From Sphingomonadaceae bacterium (lineage in GTDB: Bacteria; Pseudomonadota; Alphaproteobacteria; Sphingomonadales; Sphingomonadaceae): a DNA stretch of 64,000 bases. Position 1 is the first letter of the stretch. Each line of letters opens with the position of its first letter. A model generated the notes under the pieces. That model was not told the DNA's origin. It ran no database searches and saw nothing but the letters and a program-made list of their open reading frames with translations. Below are positions 26,692 to 37,628 of this stretch, piece by piece. Location of the stretch: positions 2,424,573 to 2,488,572 of the forward strand of contig OZ244721.1 in the NCBI GenBank assembly GCA_965219235.1. The letters run 5' to 3'. Both the position numbers and the translations under genes were made by a program.

Positions 26692-27780
26692 CTACACCGC
26701 CCCCGCGATGACATCCGCCACCCGGGCCATCGCCGCCGCCTCGCCGATCGTGATGCGGAGCGCGTGGGCGAGGCCCTGGTTCGGCAGCCAGCGGACGATC
26801 ACGCCGGCCTCCATCAGCAGGCCGTAGGCGCGCTCGGCCGACAGGGCGCCCTCGAACAGCACCAGCAGGAAGTTGGCCCGGCTCGGCACCACCCGCACCC
26901 CGGCATTTCCGAGCGCGCGCATCCGCTCGGCGAAGCGGGCGCGCTCGCGCTCGTTGTGGGCGCGCGAACTCTCCACAAACGCGCGGTCGGCCACCGCCGC
27001 CGCCGCCGCCGCCTGCCCGCTCGCGGTGACGTTGAACGGACCCCGGATGCGGTTCAGCGCGTCGACCACCGGGGCGGGGCCGGTCGCCCAGCCGACCCGC
27101 TCGCCCGCCAGGCCGTGGATCTTCGAGAAGGTGCGCGTGACGAGCACGTTGGGCGCCCACCCCGCCAGCGCCAGCGCGCCGTCGTCCTCGGCGGGCGGCA
27201 CATACTCCGCATAGGCGCCGTCCAGCACCAGCAGCACCTCGTCGGGCACGCCCGCGTGCAGCCGCGCGATCTCGGCGGCGGGGAGGAAGGTGCCGGTCGG
27301 GTTGTTCGGATTGGCGACGAACACCACCCGCGTGGCCGGCGTGATCGCGGCGATCAGGCCGTCGACGTCGGTGCCGTAGTCGAGGTCGGGCACCTCCACC
27401 GGCGTCGCCCCGGTCCGCCGGATGGCGATCGGATAGACGGAAAAGCCGTAGCGCATGTGCAGCGCCTCGTCGCCCGGCCCGCAATAGGCGCTCGCGGCCA
27501 GCGTCAGCAGGTCGTCCGACCCCGTGCCGCACACGATCCGTTCCGCATGCGGCCCGTGCGCGTCCGCGATCGCCTGCCGCAGCGCGCGCGCGTCGGGATC
27601 GGGATAGGGGGCCGCGCTCCCGTCCCGCGCCGCCAGCGCCGCGCGCGCCGCCGGGGCGGTGCCGAGCGGGTTCTCGTTCGCCGACAGCTTGACCAGCGGC
27701 CGCCCGTCCGCGCCCGCCGACTTGCCGGGGACGTAGGCGTGGATCGCCTCGATCCAGGGCTTGGGCGCAGGTCCGGACAT
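26692..27780 (-). CDS. hisC: histidinol-phosphate aminotransferase
   Basis: ATG 27780 inside ORF 26692..28062. [15 protein letters not shown] and PLP-lysine context [10 protein letters not shown]. Confidence 0.9.
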   Translation of the reverse strand: MSGPAPKPWIEAIHAYVPGKSAGADGRPLVKLSANENPLGTAPAARAALAARDGSAAPYPDPDARALRQAIADAHGPHAERIVCGTGSDDLLTLAASAYCGPGDEALHMRYGFSVYPIAIRRTGATPVEVPDLDYGTDVDGLIAAITPATRVVFVANPNNPTGTFLPAAEIARLHAGVPDEVLLVLDGAYAEYVPPAEDDGALALAGWAPNVLVTRTFSKIHGLAGERVGWATGPAPVVDALNRIRGPFNVTASGQAAAAAAVADRAFVESSRAHNERERARFAERMRALGNAGVRVVPSRANFLLVLFEGALSAERAYGLLMEAGVIVRWLPNQGLAHALRITIGEAAAMARVADVIAGAV

Positions 27781-27802
27781 GAGCGCCTTATACGAGGCTA
27801 CA

Positions 27803-27923
27803 CCCCTCCCTTCCAGGGAGGGGCTGGGGGTGGGTGGCGAGCGCCAGCGAGCCTCTCTCCGCCAAAGCCGCTCGGCTTCGCCTCGCACCCACCCCTTTAT
27901 CCCCTCCCTGGAAGGGAGGGGAG
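27803..27923. repeat. REP-A composite repeat, copy 3 (subfamily ii)
   Basis: Hairpins CCCCTCCCT-TCC-AGGGAGGGG and CCCCTCCCT-GGAA-GGGAGGGG flank the inner inverted repeat GGGGGTGGGTGGCGAG...CTCGCACCCACCCC. Confidence 0.8.
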
Positions 27924-27970
27924 GCAGCCCGATTGACAACACCGCGGCCCGTCCGCACCCGGCCCTACCT

Positions 27971-29071
27971 ATGAACGACGCGCGCCTTGGCCTCGACCGC
28001 CGGGTCACACTGCCCGGCCCCTTGGTGCTGGACGGCGGCGGCACGCTGTCGCCCCTCACCATCGCCTATGAGACCTACGGCACTCCCGACAGCGATCGCT
28101 CCAACGCCATCCTGGTCTGCCATGCGCTCACCGGCGACCAGCACGCCGCCCATCCGAACCCTCGCACCGGCAAGCCAGGCTGGTGGCAGCGCATGATCGG
28201 ACCCGGCCGACCGATCGACACCGATCGCCATCTGGTGGTGTGCGCCAACGTGATCGGCGGCTGCTCCGGCTCCACCGGCCCGTCGAGCGAGCGGCCGGAC
28301 GGCACCCTCTGGGGCATGGACCTGCCGGTGCTGACGATCCCCGACATGGCGCGCACCCACCTGGCGCTGCTCGACCATCTCGAGGTCGCCCGGCTGCACG
28401 CGGTGGTCGGCGGGTCGATGGGCGGGATGCAGGCGCTGGCGCTCGCGTCGGCCGCGCCGGAGCGCACCGCCGCGTGCGTCTGCGTGGCGTCTGCCGCGCG
28501 CCACTCGGCCCAGAACATCGCCTTCCACGAGGTCGGGCGGCAGGCGATCATGGCCGATCCGAACTGGCGGGGCGGCCGCTACGACCCCGCCGACCCGCCC
28601 GCCAAGGGGCTGGCCGTCGCCCGCATGGCCGCGCACATCACCTACCTGTCGGAGGGCGGGCTGACCGAGAAGTTCGGCCGCCGCCTGCAGGACCGCGACG
28701 CCGCCGGCTTCGGCTTCGACGCCGATTTCCAGGTCGAAAGCTACCTGCGCCATCAGGGGCTGGCCTTCACCGGCCGCTTCGACGCCAACAGCTATCTCGC
28801 CATCACCCGCGCGATGGACTATTGGGACCTGGGCGAGGCCCATGGCGGCGTGCTCGCCCGCGCCTTCGATCCGGGCACCCGCTTCTGCGTGGTCAGCTTC
28901 GACTCCGACTGGCTCTACCCCACGACCGAATCGCGCGGGATCGTGGCGGCGCTGAACGCGGCCGGCGCGCCGGCGAGCTTCGTCGAGCTGTCGTCCCCCT
29001 TCGGCCACGACGCCTTCCTGCTCGACACGCCCGGCCTCGACCGGATCGTGGCGGGGTTCCTGACCGCATGA
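27971..29071 (+). CDS. metX: homoserine O-acetyltransferase
   Basis: ATG 27971 inside ORF 27761..29071. CHALTGDQH, nucleophile elbow [11 protein letters not shown]-terminal GHDAFL. Confidence 0.9.
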   Translation: MNDARLGLDRRVTLPGPLVLDGGGTLSPLTIAYETYGTPDSDRSNAILVCHALTGDQHAAHPNPRTGKPGWWQRMIGPGRPIDTDRHLVVCANVIGGCSGSTGPSSERPDGTLWGMDLPVLTIPDMARTHLALLDHLEVARLHAVVGGSMGGMQALALASAAPERTAACVCVASAARHSAQNIAFHEVGRQAIMADPNWRGGRYDPADPPAKGLAVARMAAHITYLSEGGLTEKFGRRLQDRDAAGFGFDADFQVESYLRHQGLAFTGRFDANSYLAITRAMDYWDLGEAHGGVLARAFDPGTRFCVVSFDSDWLYPTTESRGIVAALNAAGAPASFVELSSPFGHDAFLLDTPGLDRIVAGFLTA

Positions 29072-29661
29072 CGGTGTTGCGCCCGGATCTCGCGGTGATC
29101 GCGGACGCCATTCCCGGTGGAGCGCGCGTGCTGGATGTCGGCTGCGGGCGGGGCACGCTGATGGCCGCGCTGCGCGACCAGGGCTGCGACGTGCGCGGTC
29201 TGGAGATCGACGCCGAGCAGGTGAGCGAGGCCGTGGCGCGCGGGCTGGCGGTGGTGCAGGGCGACGCGGAGGTCGAGCTGGCGGGCTATCCCGCCGACGG
29301 CTTCGACGTGGCGGTGCTCAGCCAGACCTTGCAGACCGCGCGCCGCCCCGACCGGCTGGTGACGGCGCTGCTGCGGGTCGCGCCGGCCGTGTTCGTGAGC
29401 TTCCCGAACTTCGCCCATTGGCGGGTGCGCGCCTCGCTTGGGCTGGGCGGGCGGATGCCGGTGACCCGCGTGCTGCCGGACAGCTGGTACGCCACGCCCA
29501 ACATCCACCACCTCACGATCGACGATTTCCGCGCCTTCTGCCGGGCCGAGGGGCTGGCGGTGGCGCGGTCCTGGTTCCTGGCCGGCGACCGCCCGCGCCC
29601 GGCCCGCGCCGCCAATCTGCTGGCCGACCACGCGGTCTTCGAGTTGCGCCGCGCGACTTGA
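29068..29661 (+). CDS. metW: methionine biosynthesis protein MetW
   Basis: ATGA overlap with metX. SAM-binding [11 protein letters not shown]. The conserved metX-metW pair. Confidence 0.9.
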   Translation: MTVLRPDLAVIADAIPGGARVLDVGCGRGTLMAALRDQGCDVRGLEIDAEQVSEAVARGLAVVQGDAEVELAGYPADGFDVAVLSQTLQTARRPDRLVTALLRVAPAVFVSFPNFAHWRVRASLGLGGRMPVTRVLPDSWYATPNIHHLTIDDFRAFCRAEGLAVARSWFLAGDRPRPARAANLLADHAVFELRRAT

Positions 29662-29674
29662 GGGGGGCTGATCC

Positions 29675-29798
29675 TCCCCTCCCTTCCAGGGAGGGGATCG
29701 AGGGGTGGGTGGCGAAGGCGAAGCCGAGCCTGTTCGACCAAGAAGGGCTCGCCTTTGGCTCGCACCCACCCCCAACCCCTCCCTTTCAGGGAGGGGAG
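29675..29798. repeat. REP-A composite repeat, copy 4 (subfamily ii)
   Basis: TCCCCTCCCT-TCC-AGGGAGGGGA ... GGGGTGGGTGGCGAAGGCGAAGCC...CTCGCACCCACCCCC ... CCCCTCCCT-TTC-AGGGAGGGG. Lies between convergent gene ends. Confidence 0.8.
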
Positions 29799-29803
29799 AG
29801 CTG

Positions 29804-30661
29804 TCAACTCGGCGTCACCACCAGCCGGTACTCCGCGCTCTCCCCCGCCGGCAGCATCCGCCCGCCCGGCTTGTCGCTCATCTCGCCCGCGAACCCGGCC
29901 GGATCGGCGTGACCGACCCACGGCTCGATGCACACGAAGCCCGCGCCCGGCTGCGTCCAGATCGCGAGCGTGTCGCTGTCAGGGAACGCCACCGTCAGGC
30001 TCGCCCCGCTGTCGTAGCGCACCGAGCGGCCGCGCACCGGCGACCAGACGAGCGCGTCCTGCTCGAACAGGGCGTCGCGCAGGGTCAGCCCCCGGCCGTC
30101 GAGCGGGCTCGGCCGCCGCTCGGGCGCGATCAGGCCGTCGGGCCGGATCACGAGCAGCTCGCCGGGTTCGTCGTCGGCGAACATGATGGTGGAGGCGTCC
30201 CGCTCGCCGCCCGGCTGCGGCCAGGCGAAGGCGGGGTGGAAGCCGAAGGAGTGGGGCATCGGCCGGTCGCCGGTGTTGGTGACGGTCGCGGTCGTCTCCA
30301 GCCGGTCGGAGAGCGCGTGGACCACGTCGAGCGTCCAGTCGAACGGATAGTGAGCGCGGGTGTCGGCGGACGAGGCAAGGCGGAAGTGCGCGGCGGCGGC
30401 GCTCGCCTCGACCAGCGCGAACTCGGCATGGCGGGCGAGGCCGTGCTTGGGCATGGGATAGGCGCGCCCGTCCACCCGCACCGTGTCGTCCGCCACCCGG
30501 CCGATGACCGGGAACAGGATGGGCGCATGGCCCTGCCAGTGATCCGGCGCGGCCGGCGTCATCCGCTCCTCGCCGTCAAGGGTGAGGGAACGCAGCTCCG
30601 CGCCGGTGGGGGCGATGGCGGCGGTGAGGGGGCCGTGGGAGAGGTGGATGAGGTCGGTCAT
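29804..30661 (-). CDS. aldose 1-epimerase family protein
   Basis: ATG 30661 inside ORF 29804..30727. PILFPVIGR, HGLARH, FGFHPAF and CIEPW motifs of the aldose epimerase superfamily. Confidence 0.8.
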   Translation of the reverse strand: MTDLIHLSHGPLTAAIAPTGAELRSLTLDGEERMTPAAPDHWQGHAPILFPVIGRVADDTVRVDGRAYPMPKHGLARHAEFALVEASAAAAHFRLASSADTRAHYPFDWTLDVVHALSDRLETTATVTNTGDRPMPHSFGFHPAFAWPQPGGERDASTIMFADDEPGELLVIRPDGLIAPERRPSPLDGRGLTLRDALFEQDALVWSPVRGRSVRYDSGASLTVAFPDSDTLAIWTQPGAGFVCIEPWVGHADPAGFAGEMSDKPGGRMLPAGESAEYRLVVTPS

Positions 30662-30665
30662 CGTA

Positions 30666-30793
30666 GCCCTCTCCCCTTCAGGGGAGAGGAAGGAGCCGCG
30701 CAGCGGCGGGAGGAGAGGGGAACGCACCGGAGAGCTTCCGCGCCAAGCGGAACCACCCCTCTCCCAACCCTCTCCCCTGAAGGGGAGAGGGCT
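30666..30793. repeat. REP-A composite repeat, copy 5
   Basis: GCCCTCTCCCC-TTCA-GGGGAGAGG (30666-30689) and CCCTCTCCCC-TGAA-GGGGAGAGGG (30768-30791). Confidence 0.8.
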
Positions 30794-30805
30794 TGCCCCT
30801 GCCCC

Positions 30806-33199
30806 TCACCCACGCAGCACCGCTCCCACTTTCGCGGCCGCCGCGACGATGCGGTCCGACAGCGCGGTCAGTTCGTCCTCGGTGAAGCTCTTCGCTCCGG
30901 GTTGCATCGTCACCTCCACGGCCAGGCTGACCTGTCCCTCGGGAACGCCCGAACCGGCGAAACGGTCGAACACGCGGGCGTCGGTGATGAGCGCCTTGTC
31001 TGCGCCCCGCACCGCGCGCACCAGATCGGCGGCAGGACGGTCCTCGGGCACCAAAAAGGCGAAGTCGCGCGTCACCGGCTGGAGTGCCGGCGGGCGGAAG
31101 GGCGGGCGGCGACGGTCGCCGGCGCGCGGAACGGGCAGCGCGTCCAGGAACAGCTCGGCGGCGATCACCGGCCCGTCCGTGTCGAACGCCGCCAGCACGG
31201 CCGGGTGCAGCTCGCCGAAGCGCGCCAGCACCGTCTTCGGCCCGAGCCTGAGCGTCGCCGAGCGGCCGGGGTGGAAGGCGTCGCCCGCGCGCTCTGTCTC
31301 CAGGGCCATCGCCATCAGCCTGTCCACCGGCGCGCCCGCCTCCGCCAGCAGCGCCTCCGCCTCCGCCTTGGCGTCGAAGGCGTCGAACGGCTGGGCCTTG
31401 CCGGTGCGCCAGCCGCGCCCGGTGCGCTCGCCGGCCAGCAGCAGCGCCAGCGTGTCGTGCTCGCCCCCTCCCTCTCCGGCGCCAAGATAGCGCCGCCCGA
31501 TCTCGAACAGCCGCACGGAGGTTGCCCCCCGGTCGCGGTTGCGCTTGGCCGCCGACAGCAGGCCGGGGATCAGCGAGGGCCGCATCGCCACCATCTCCTG
31601 GCTGATCGGGTTGGCGAGCCGGTGCGCGGCGCCCCCGAATGGCTCGGCCTCGGCGTCGGACAGGAAGCTCCAGGTGATCGCCTCGGTCAGCCCGCGCGCG
31701 GCGGCGGCCCGGCGCAGGCGGCGCTCGATCCGCTGGGCGGGCGTGGCGGTCGGGCGGGCGACGCCGTCCGGGCGCGGCAGCGGCACGGCGGCGACCCGGT
31801 CGAGGCCCTCGATCCGCAGCACCTCCTCGACCAGATCGGCCGGTCCTTCCACATCGCGCCGCCAGGAGGGACGTTCCACGTGGAACATTCCGTCGCGCGG
31901 CTCGACCGTGAAGCCGAGCGCCGTCAGGATCGCCCGCTGCCGCTCCGGCTCCACCTTGAGACCGCCCAGCCGCTCGCACAGGCCGGGATCGTAGGCGATG
32001 GTGCGGCTCAGGTCCGGCGGCGCTCCGGCGCGGGTCGGCGCGCTCGCCTCGCCCCCGCACAGCCGCACCACCAGCTCGGTCGCGATCGCCAGCCCGTCAT
32101 CCAGGAACGCCGGGTCCACGCCGCGCTCGAACCGGGTGCGCGCATCGGAGGTCAGCCCCAGCGCCTGGCCGGTGCGCGCCACCGCCTCGGGCTCGAAATA
32201 GGCGCACTCGATCAGCACGTCGGTGGTGGACGGCTGCGCCCCTGACGCCGCCCCGCCCATGATGCCGGCGATGTCATGGACGTGGAGGTCGTCCGCGATG
32301 ACGGTCATCGGCGGCCGGAGCGTGTAGGTGCGTCCGTTCAGCGCCTCCACCGTCTCGCCCTCCGCCGCCTCTCGCGCCACCAGCGGCCCGCTGAGCGTCG
32401 CGCGGTCATAGACGTGCAGCGGCCGGCCGAGGTCGAGCATGACGTAGTTGGTGACGTCGACGAGCGCGCTGATCGGCTTCTGCCCCACCGACAGCAGCCG
32501 CCGGCGCAGCCAGTCGGGCGAGGGGCCGTTGGTCACGCCGGTGACGGCCGTCGCGTAGAAGGCGGGGCAGCCGTCCGTCTCCGTCCGCACCTCCGGTCCC
32601 GGGGCGGTCCCGGCGAACTCCGGCACGGTGAGTGGTCTCAACGTCCCCAGCCCCGCCGCCGCCAGGTCGCGGGCGAGGCCGCGAACGCCCATGCAGTCCT
32701 GCCGGTTGGGCGTGATCGCCACGTCGATCATCGCCTCGCCCAAGCCCGCCCAGTCGGCGTAGCTCTCGCCCACCGGCGCGTCGCCCGGCAGCTCCAATAT
32801 GCCGTCGCCCTCCGCGCCCGTGCCCAGCTCGGTGGCCGAGCACATCATGCCGTGGCTCTCCACGCCCCGGATGACGGCGACGCGCAGCTCCAGGCCGTTG
32901 GCCGGCACCACCGCGCCGGGTGGGCCGAACACGCCGGTCATGCCCGCGCGCGCGTTGGGCGCGCCGCAGACCACCGCCACCGCTCCGTCGCCCGCATCGA
33001 CGCAGAGCAGCCGCAGCTTGTCGGCGTTCGGGTGCGGCTCGGCCGTCAGCACGCGCGCGACCTTGAAGGCGGAGAGCGCCTCGCCCGGCCGCTCGATCCC
33101 TTCCACCTCATGCCCGATGGCGGTCAGCCGCTCGGCGACCTGTTCCACCGCGGCGTCGAACTCCAGGTGGTCGGCGAGCCAGTCCAAGGTCAACTTCAT
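30806..33199 (-). CDS. pheT: phenylalanine--tRNA ligase beta subunit
   Basis: ATG 33199 inside ORF 30806..33358. tRNA-binding domain [21 protein letters not shown], then B3/4, B5 and FDX-ACB domain order. ATGA overlap with pheS. Confidence 0.95.
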   Translation of the reverse strand: MKLTLDWLADHLEFDAAVEQVAERLTAIGHEVEGIERPGEALSAFKVARVLTAEPHPNADKLRLLCVDAGDGAVAVVCGAPNARAGMTGVFGPPGAVVPANGLELRVAVIRGVESHGMMCSATELGTGAEGDGILELPGDAPVGESYADWAGLGEAMIDVAITPNRQDCMGVRGLARDLAAAGLGTLRPLTVPEFAGTAPGPEVRTETDGCPAFYATAVTGVTNGPSPDWLRRRLLSVGQKPISALVDVTNYVMLDLGRPLHVYDRATLSGPLVAREAAEGETVEALNGRTYTLRPPMTVIADDLHVHDIAGIMGGAASGAQPSTTDVLIECAYFEPEAVARTGQALGLTSDARTRFERGVDPAFLDDGLAIATELVVRLCGGEASAPTRAGAPPDLSRTIAYDPGLCERLGGLKVEPERQRAILTALGFTVEPRDGMFHVERPSWRRDVEGPADLVEEVLRIEGLDRVAAVPLPRPDGVARPTATPAQRIERRLRRAAAARGLTEAITWSFLSDAEAEPFGGAAHRLANPISQEMVAMRPSLIPGLLSAAKRNRDRGATSVRLFEIGRRYLGAGEGGGEHDTLALLLAGERTGRGWRTGKAQPFDAFDAKAEAEALLAEAGAPVDRLMAMALETERAGDAFHPGRSATLRLGPKTVLARFGELHPAVLAAFDTDGPVIAAELFLDALPVPRAGDRRRPPFRPPALQPVTRDFAFLVPEDRPAADLVRAVRGADKALITDARVFDRFAGSGVPEGQVSLAVEVTMQPGAKSFTEDELTALSDRIVAAAAKVGAVLRG
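31872..31887. other. degenerate parS-like palindrome inside pheT
   Basis: Minus-strand reading TGTTCCACGTGGAACG (codons M-F-H-V-E-R). 14-bp perfect palindrome GTTCCACGTGGAAC. 13/16 match to TGTTTCACGTGAAACA. Confidence 0.35.
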
Positions 33200-34281
33200 G
33201 CCCCCACTCCCCCGCTGAGCGTGGGCACGTCGAGCGCCGAGACCCCGTAATGCGCCAGCCAGCGCTGGTCGCCGTCGAAATAGGCGCGCAGGTCCTCCAT
33301 CCCGTATTTCAGCATGGCGAGCCGGTCGATGCCGACCCCGAAGGCGAAGCCCTGCCACTCGTCCGGGTCGAGGTCGCAGGCGGTGAGCACGGCCGGGTGG
33401 ACCATGCCGGACCCGAGCAGCTCCAGCCAGCCGCCGCCCGGCGCGTTCGGGTCGCCACCGATCACGCGCTGGCCGTGGACCATCGTCCAGGCGACATCGA
33501 CCTCCGCGGACGGCTCGGTGAAGGGGAAGTAGGAGGGGCGCAGGCGCAGTTCGACGTCGTCACGCTCGAAGAACGCGGCCAGAAAGGTCTGCAGCGTCCA
33601 TTTCAGGTGGCCCATATGGATGCCCCGGTCGATCACCAGCCCCTCGACCTGGTGGAACATGGGCGTGTGGGTGGCGTCGCTGTCGGAGCGGTAGACGCGG
33701 CCCGGCGCGATCACGCGATGGGGCGGCGGTCCACTCATCATCGCGCGGATCTGGACGGGGGAGGTGTGGGTGCGGAGCACACGCGGCTCCGGCCCCTCCT
33801 CGTCCAGATAGAAGGTGTCGTGCATCGCGCGCGCGGGATGGGTTTCGGGAATGTTGAGGGCGGAGAAATTGTGCCACTGGCTCTCGATCTCCGGCCCGGC
33901 GGCGACGGAGAAGCCCAGATCGGCGAAGATCTCGGCGAGCTCGTCCGTCACTTGGCTGACCGGGTGAATGCGACCGGCGGGCTGGCGATCGGCAGGCAGC
34001 GAGAGGTCGATGCGTTCCGAGGCAAGGCGCTGGGTGAGCGCGTCGGCCTCCAGCGCGGCTTTCTGTGCGGAGAGCGCGGCGGCCACCTCCTCGCGCAGCG
34101 CCTGGATGGCCGGGCCGGCGCTCTGCCGCTCCTCCGGGCGCATCCGTCCGAGCGTCTTGAGCAGCGCGGAGACCGACCCCTGCTTGCCCAACGCCTCGAC
34201 GCGGAGCGCCTCGACGGCCGCGAGATCGCCGGCGGCGCCGATGCGGGGGAGGAGATCGGCGCGGAGGGTGGCGGGGGTCAT
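33196..34281 (-). CDS. pheS: phenylalanine--tRNA ligase alpha subunit
   Basis: Full-length ORF. Class II motifs including YFPFTEPS and GSGMVHP. Confidence 0.95.
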   Translation of the reverse strand: MTPATLRADLLPRIGAAGDLAAVEALRVEALGKQGSVSALLKTLGRMRPEERQSAGPAIQALREEVAAALSAQKAALEADALTQRLASERIDLSLPADRQPAGRIHPVSQVTDELAEIFADLGFSVAAGPEIESQWHNFSALNIPETHPARAMHDTFYLDEEGPEPRVLRTHTSPVQIRAMMSGPPPHRVIAPGRVYRSDSDATHTPMFHQVEGLVIDRGIHMGHLKWTLQTFLAAFFERDDVELRLRPSYFPFTEPSAEVDVAWTMVHGQRVIGGDPNAPGGGWLELLGSGMVHPAVLTACDLDPDEWQGFAFGVGIDRLAMLKYGMEDLRAYFDGDQRWLAHYGVSALDVPTLSGGVGA

Positions 34282-34294
34282 GGAGTGGCCTTAT

Positions 34295-34478
34295 CCTCCC
34301 CAAGCTCGCTTGGGGAGGGGGAGCGGGGTGCAGCCAACAACTCCCCTCCCTGCAAGGGAGGGGTCGGGGGTGGGTGCGAGCAAAGCGAGCCCCCGGAGGC
34401 TGCTCCGCGCCCGAACCTGCGCAAGCTTGGCTTCGCCATCGCCACCCACCCCCGACCCCTCCCTTGCAGGGAGGGGAG
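34295..34478. repeat. REP-A composite repeat, copy 6 (subfamily ii, with extra leading hairpin)
   Basis: CCTCCCC-N10-GGGGAGG (34295-34318), then CCCCTCCCT-GCA-AGGGAGGGG ... GGGGGTGGGTGCGAG...CGCCACCCACCCCC ... CCCCTCCCT-TGC-AGGGAGGGG. Confidence 0.8.
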
Positions 34479-34481
34479 TTC

Positions 34482-35732
34482 TCATAGCGCCAGCGCCAAC
34501 CCCGCCAGGGCTGCCGAGAGCAGGTTCGCCAAACTCCCCGCCACCAGCGCCCGGATGCCCAGCCGCGCGATCATCGCCCGCTGCGATGGCGCCAGCCCTC
34601 CCGTCACGGCCAGCTGGATGGCGATGCTCAAGAAGTTGGCGAAGCCGCACAGCGCGAAGGTGACGATCGCCACCGTGACCGCGCTCAGGCCCGGTGTCGC
34701 GCCCAGTTCGATGAACGCCACGAACTCGTTGAGCACCAGCTTGGTCCCGAACAGCCCGCCGGCGCGCGCCGCCTCCTCCCACGGCACGCCGGCCAGGTAG
34801 AGGAAGGGGGCGAACAGCGTGCCCAGGATCTGCTGAAAAGACAGATCCGGCAGCCCGACCCACGCCCCCACGCCGCCCAGCAGACCATTGGCCAGCGCCA
34901 CGAGCGCCACGAAGGCCAGCACGGTGGCCCCGACCGCCACCGCCAGCTTCACGCCGGTCGCCGCGCCATTGGCGGCTGCCATGATAATGGTCGTGGCCCG
35001 CTCCTCGCCCATATCGAGGTCCAGTGCGGCGGGCTCCACGATCGCCAGGCCGCGTGCGTCCGGCATCATGATCTTGGCCATCAGGATGCCGCCCGGCGCG
35101 GCCATGAAGCTCGCCGCCAGCAGATAGGGCAGCGCGGTCGGCCCCAGCAGCGTGGCGTAGGCGGCCAGGATGGTGCCCGCCACGCCCGCCATGCCGACGG
35201 TCATGACGGTGAACAGCTGCGGCGCGCTCAGGCTCGCCAGATAGGGCCGGATGACGAGCGGGCTCTCCGACTGGCCGACGAAGATGTTGGCCGCCGCGCA
35301 CAGGCTCTCCACCTTCGTGATGCCGGTCACGACCCGGATGCCGCCGCCGACCCAGCGCACCACGAACTGCATGACGCCGAGGTGGTAGAGCACGGCCACG
35401 AGGCTCGCGAAGAAGATGATGACCGGCAGTGCCGCGATGGCGAAGCTGTTGCCGCCCACCTCCGGCGCGGCCAGCGGCCCGAACAGGAAGGCGGTGCCGG
35501 CACCCGCATAGCCGAGCAGGTTCGACACCCCCCGGCTCATTGCCCCGATCACCGCCCGCCCCGCGCCGGTGTGGAGCACCAGGAGCGCGATGCCGGCCTG
35601 CAACGCGAAGGCCGCCCCGACCACGCGCAAGCGGATGGCGCGGCGGTCGCTCGACAGCAGCACGGCGAGCGCCAGGATGGCGACCACGCCGAGCAGTCCC
35701 CGCCACGGGCCGAGTTGGTCGAGTGCGCGCAT
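34482..35732 (-). CDS. NupC/NupG-family concentrative nucleoside transporter
   Basis: 416 aa polytopic membrane protein. VGQSESPL and GGILMAKIMMP motifs typical of CNT/NupC transporters. Confidence 0.9.
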   Translation of the reverse strand: MRALDQLGPWRGLLGVVAILALAVLLSSDRRAIRLRVVGAAFALQAGIALLVLHTGAGRAVIGAMSRGVSNLLGYAGAGTAFLFGPLAAPEVGGNSFAIAALPVIIFFASLVAVLYHLGVMQFVVRWVGGGIRVVTGITKVESLCAAANIFVGQSESPLVIRPYLASLSAPQLFTVMTVGMAGVAGTILAAYATLLGPTALPYLLAASFMAAPGGILMAKIMMPDARGLAIVEPAALDLDMGEERATTIIMAAANGAATGVKLAVAVGATVLAFVALVALANGLLGGVGAWVGLPDLSFQQILGTLFAPFLYLAGVPWEEAARAGGLFGTKLVLNEFVAFIELGATPGLSAVTVAIVTFALCGFANFLSIAIQLAVTGGLAPSQRAMIARLGIRALVAGSLANLLSAALAGLALAL

Positions 35733-35817
35733 GGTGGTCCCCCTAGTCGGCGCGCGACCATAGCGGCTGGCGGACGCGTGACCAGTGTGGAGGGCCAGTT
35801 GAAACTGGGAGCCGATC

Positions 35818-35946
35818 TCCTCCCTCCCTTTCAGGGAGGGCTGGGGGTGGGTGCGCGCGCCAGCGCGCCCGCCAGAGGATTGATGCCAGCCCGGACTCGC
35901 TTACGCTCGCCACCCACCCCCGACCCCTCCCTGAAAGGGAGGGGAG
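35818..35946. repeat. REP-A composite repeat, copy 7 (subfamily ii)
   Basis: CCCTCCCT-TTC-AGGGAGGG ... GGGGGTGGGTGCGCG...CGCCACCCACCCCC ... CCCCTCCCT-GAA-AGGGAGGGG. Confidence 0.8.
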
Positions 35947-35984
35947 TTGAAGGGGGACGTGCGCGCCCGGCGCGTGGACCCTAC

Positions 35985-37616
35985 ATGGCCCTCATGGACA
36001 CGCTCGCCATCGACATCGAACAGACGCCGCGCACCCCGCTCGGCGCCGCCCATCTCGACGCCATCCGCGCGATCGGCGGCGCGCGCGAGCACGCCGCCGG
36101 CGAGCTGGTCGTGCGGCCCGGCGATCCGATGGACCACTTCCTGCTGGTGGAGGAGGGCGAGGTCGAGGTGGTCGACGTCACCACCGGCGAACGCGCCATG
36201 CCCCACACGCTGGCGCCCGGCCAGTATCTGGGCGACATCGGCGTCCTGAACGGCGCGCCCTGGAACGCGGGCTTCCGCGCCGTCACGCCCATCCGGCTGA
36301 CGGCCGTGCCGCATCGCGCCATGCTGGACCTGATGGCGCGCGTGCCGGAGCTGTCGGACCAGATCGTCACCGTGCTGGCGGGTCGCCGGCGCCGCGTGTG
36401 GGAGGTCGGCGCCAGCGCGCTCACCATCGTCGGCGCGGACGACGACCGCGACCTGCGCCGCCTGGTCTCCTTCGCCGCGCGCAACCGCCTGCCGGCCGAG
36501 GTGCTGGAGCTGGGCGGCGAGCGCGCCGACGCGCGGCTGGACCATGCCGGCCTGCCGACCGACCGCCCGGCCGCGCTGTTCGCCGGCGAGCCGCTGGACG
36601 ACGTCAGCCCGCGCGGCGTCGCGCGCCTGCTCGGCCTCGACCTGCCGCTCGGCGGCGAGGACACGTTCGACGTGGTGATCGTCGGCGGCGGCCCGGCGGG
36701 CATCGCCGCGGCCGTCTATGCCGGCGCGGAGGGCCTGAGCGCGCTCGTGATCGAGAACGAGGTGATCGGCGGCCAGGCGGGATCGTCCTCGCGCATCGAG
36801 AACTACATGGGCTTTCCGACCGGCATCTCGGGCGGCGACCTGTGCTGGCGCGGCGAGATCCAGGCGATCCGGCTGGGCACGCGCTTCGTCATGCCGCGCG
36901 CCGTCGTGTCCGTCGGCGGGGACGCGAGCTGCTATTCGCTCAGCCTGGACGACGGCGAGACGGTGAACGCGCGCTCGATCGTCATCGCCACCGGCGTGCA
37001 GTACCGCCGCCTGCCGCTCGACCGGCTGGAGTCGTTCGAGGGCGCGGGCGTGTACTACGCCGCCACCGAGGTGGAGGCGCGCTATTGCCGCGACCGGGAG
37101 GTGGTGATCGTCGGCGGCGGCAACTCGGCCGGGCAGGCGGCGATGTTCCTGGCGCGCGAGACGAAGCACGTCCATGTGCTGATCCGCAACGAAGGGCTGG
37201 GCGAGAGCATGTCCGCCTACCTCTCCAGCCGTCTGGAGGCCGACCCGGCGATCACGATCCACCCCTTCACGGAGGTGGCGGCGCTGCACGGCGCCGAGAC
37301 GCTCGGCGGAGTGACGGTGCGCGACCTGAACAGTGGCGAGACCCGCGCGATGGACGTCCAGGGCCTCTTCATCATGATCGGCGCGGCCCCCAACACCGGC
37401 TGGCTGGATGGCGTGGTCGAACTCAACGACAAGGGCTTCGTGCCCACCGGCACAGGCGTCGGCGCGGCCACCACCTTCGGCACGTCGGCACCCGGCATCT
37501 TCGCGGTCGGCGACGTGCGGCTGGGCTCCGTCAAGCGCGTGGCGTCGGGGGTGGGCGAGGGGTCGGTGGTGATCTCCGACGTGTGGCGGCACGTGAACGG
37601 CGGGTTGCAGCCTTAG
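35985..37616 (+). CDS. cyclic-nucleotide-binding domain fused to thioredoxin-reductase-like FAD/NAD(P) oxidoreductase
   Basis: ATG 35985 inside ORF 35382..37616. N-terminal cNMP-binding-like beta-barrel (GDPMDHFLLVEEGEVEV...GQYLGDIGVL). C-terminal FAD motif VVIVGGGPAGIAAA, NAD(P) motif VIVGGGNSAGQAA, and GIFAVGDV. Confidence 0.85.
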   Translation: MALMDTLAIDIEQTPRTPLGAAHLDAIRAIGGAREHAAGELVVRPGDPMDHFLLVEEGEVEVVDVTTGERAMPHTLAPGQYLGDIGVLNGAPWNAGFRAVTPIRLTAVPHRAMLDLMARVPELSDQIVTVLAGRRRRVWEVGASALTIVGADDDRDLRRLVSFAARNRLPAEVLELGGERADARLDHAGLPTDRPAALFAGEPLDDVSPRGVARLLGLDLPLGGEDTFDVVIVGGGPAGIAAAVYAGAEGLSALVIENEVIGGQAGSSSRIENYMGFPTGISGGDLCWRGEIQAIRLGTRFVMPRAVVSVGGDASCYSLSLDDGETVNARSIVIATGVQYRRLPLDRLESFEGAGVYYAATEVEARYCRDREVVIVGGGNSAGQAAMFLARETKHVHVLIRNEGLGESMSAYLSSRLEADPAITIHPFTEVAALHGAETLGGVTVRDLNSGETRAMDVQGLFIMIGAAPNTGWLDGVVELNDKGFVPTGTGVGAATTFGTSAPGIFAVGDVRLGSVKRVASGVGEGSVVISDVWRHVNGGLQP

Positions 37617-37628
37617 GGGGGGTGAAGT

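Noticed and set aside
27781-27970. SAM-II/metA-type riboswitch upstream of metX
   Set aside because: This was expected in alphaproteobacteria. The leader is instead occupied by a REP-A copy, and the remaining ~45 nt lack the conserved AAAGCU/pseudoknot elements I remember for SAM-II.
29705-32245. 846-aa plus-strand ORF, and likewise 17632..19227, 14511..16358, 35901..37592 and 27965..29008
   Set aside because: Each is antisense or out of frame relative to a gene with clear family motifs (epimerase/pheT, LOG/extensin-like, serine hydrolase/nudC, TrxR-like, metX). The compositions are Arg-rich.
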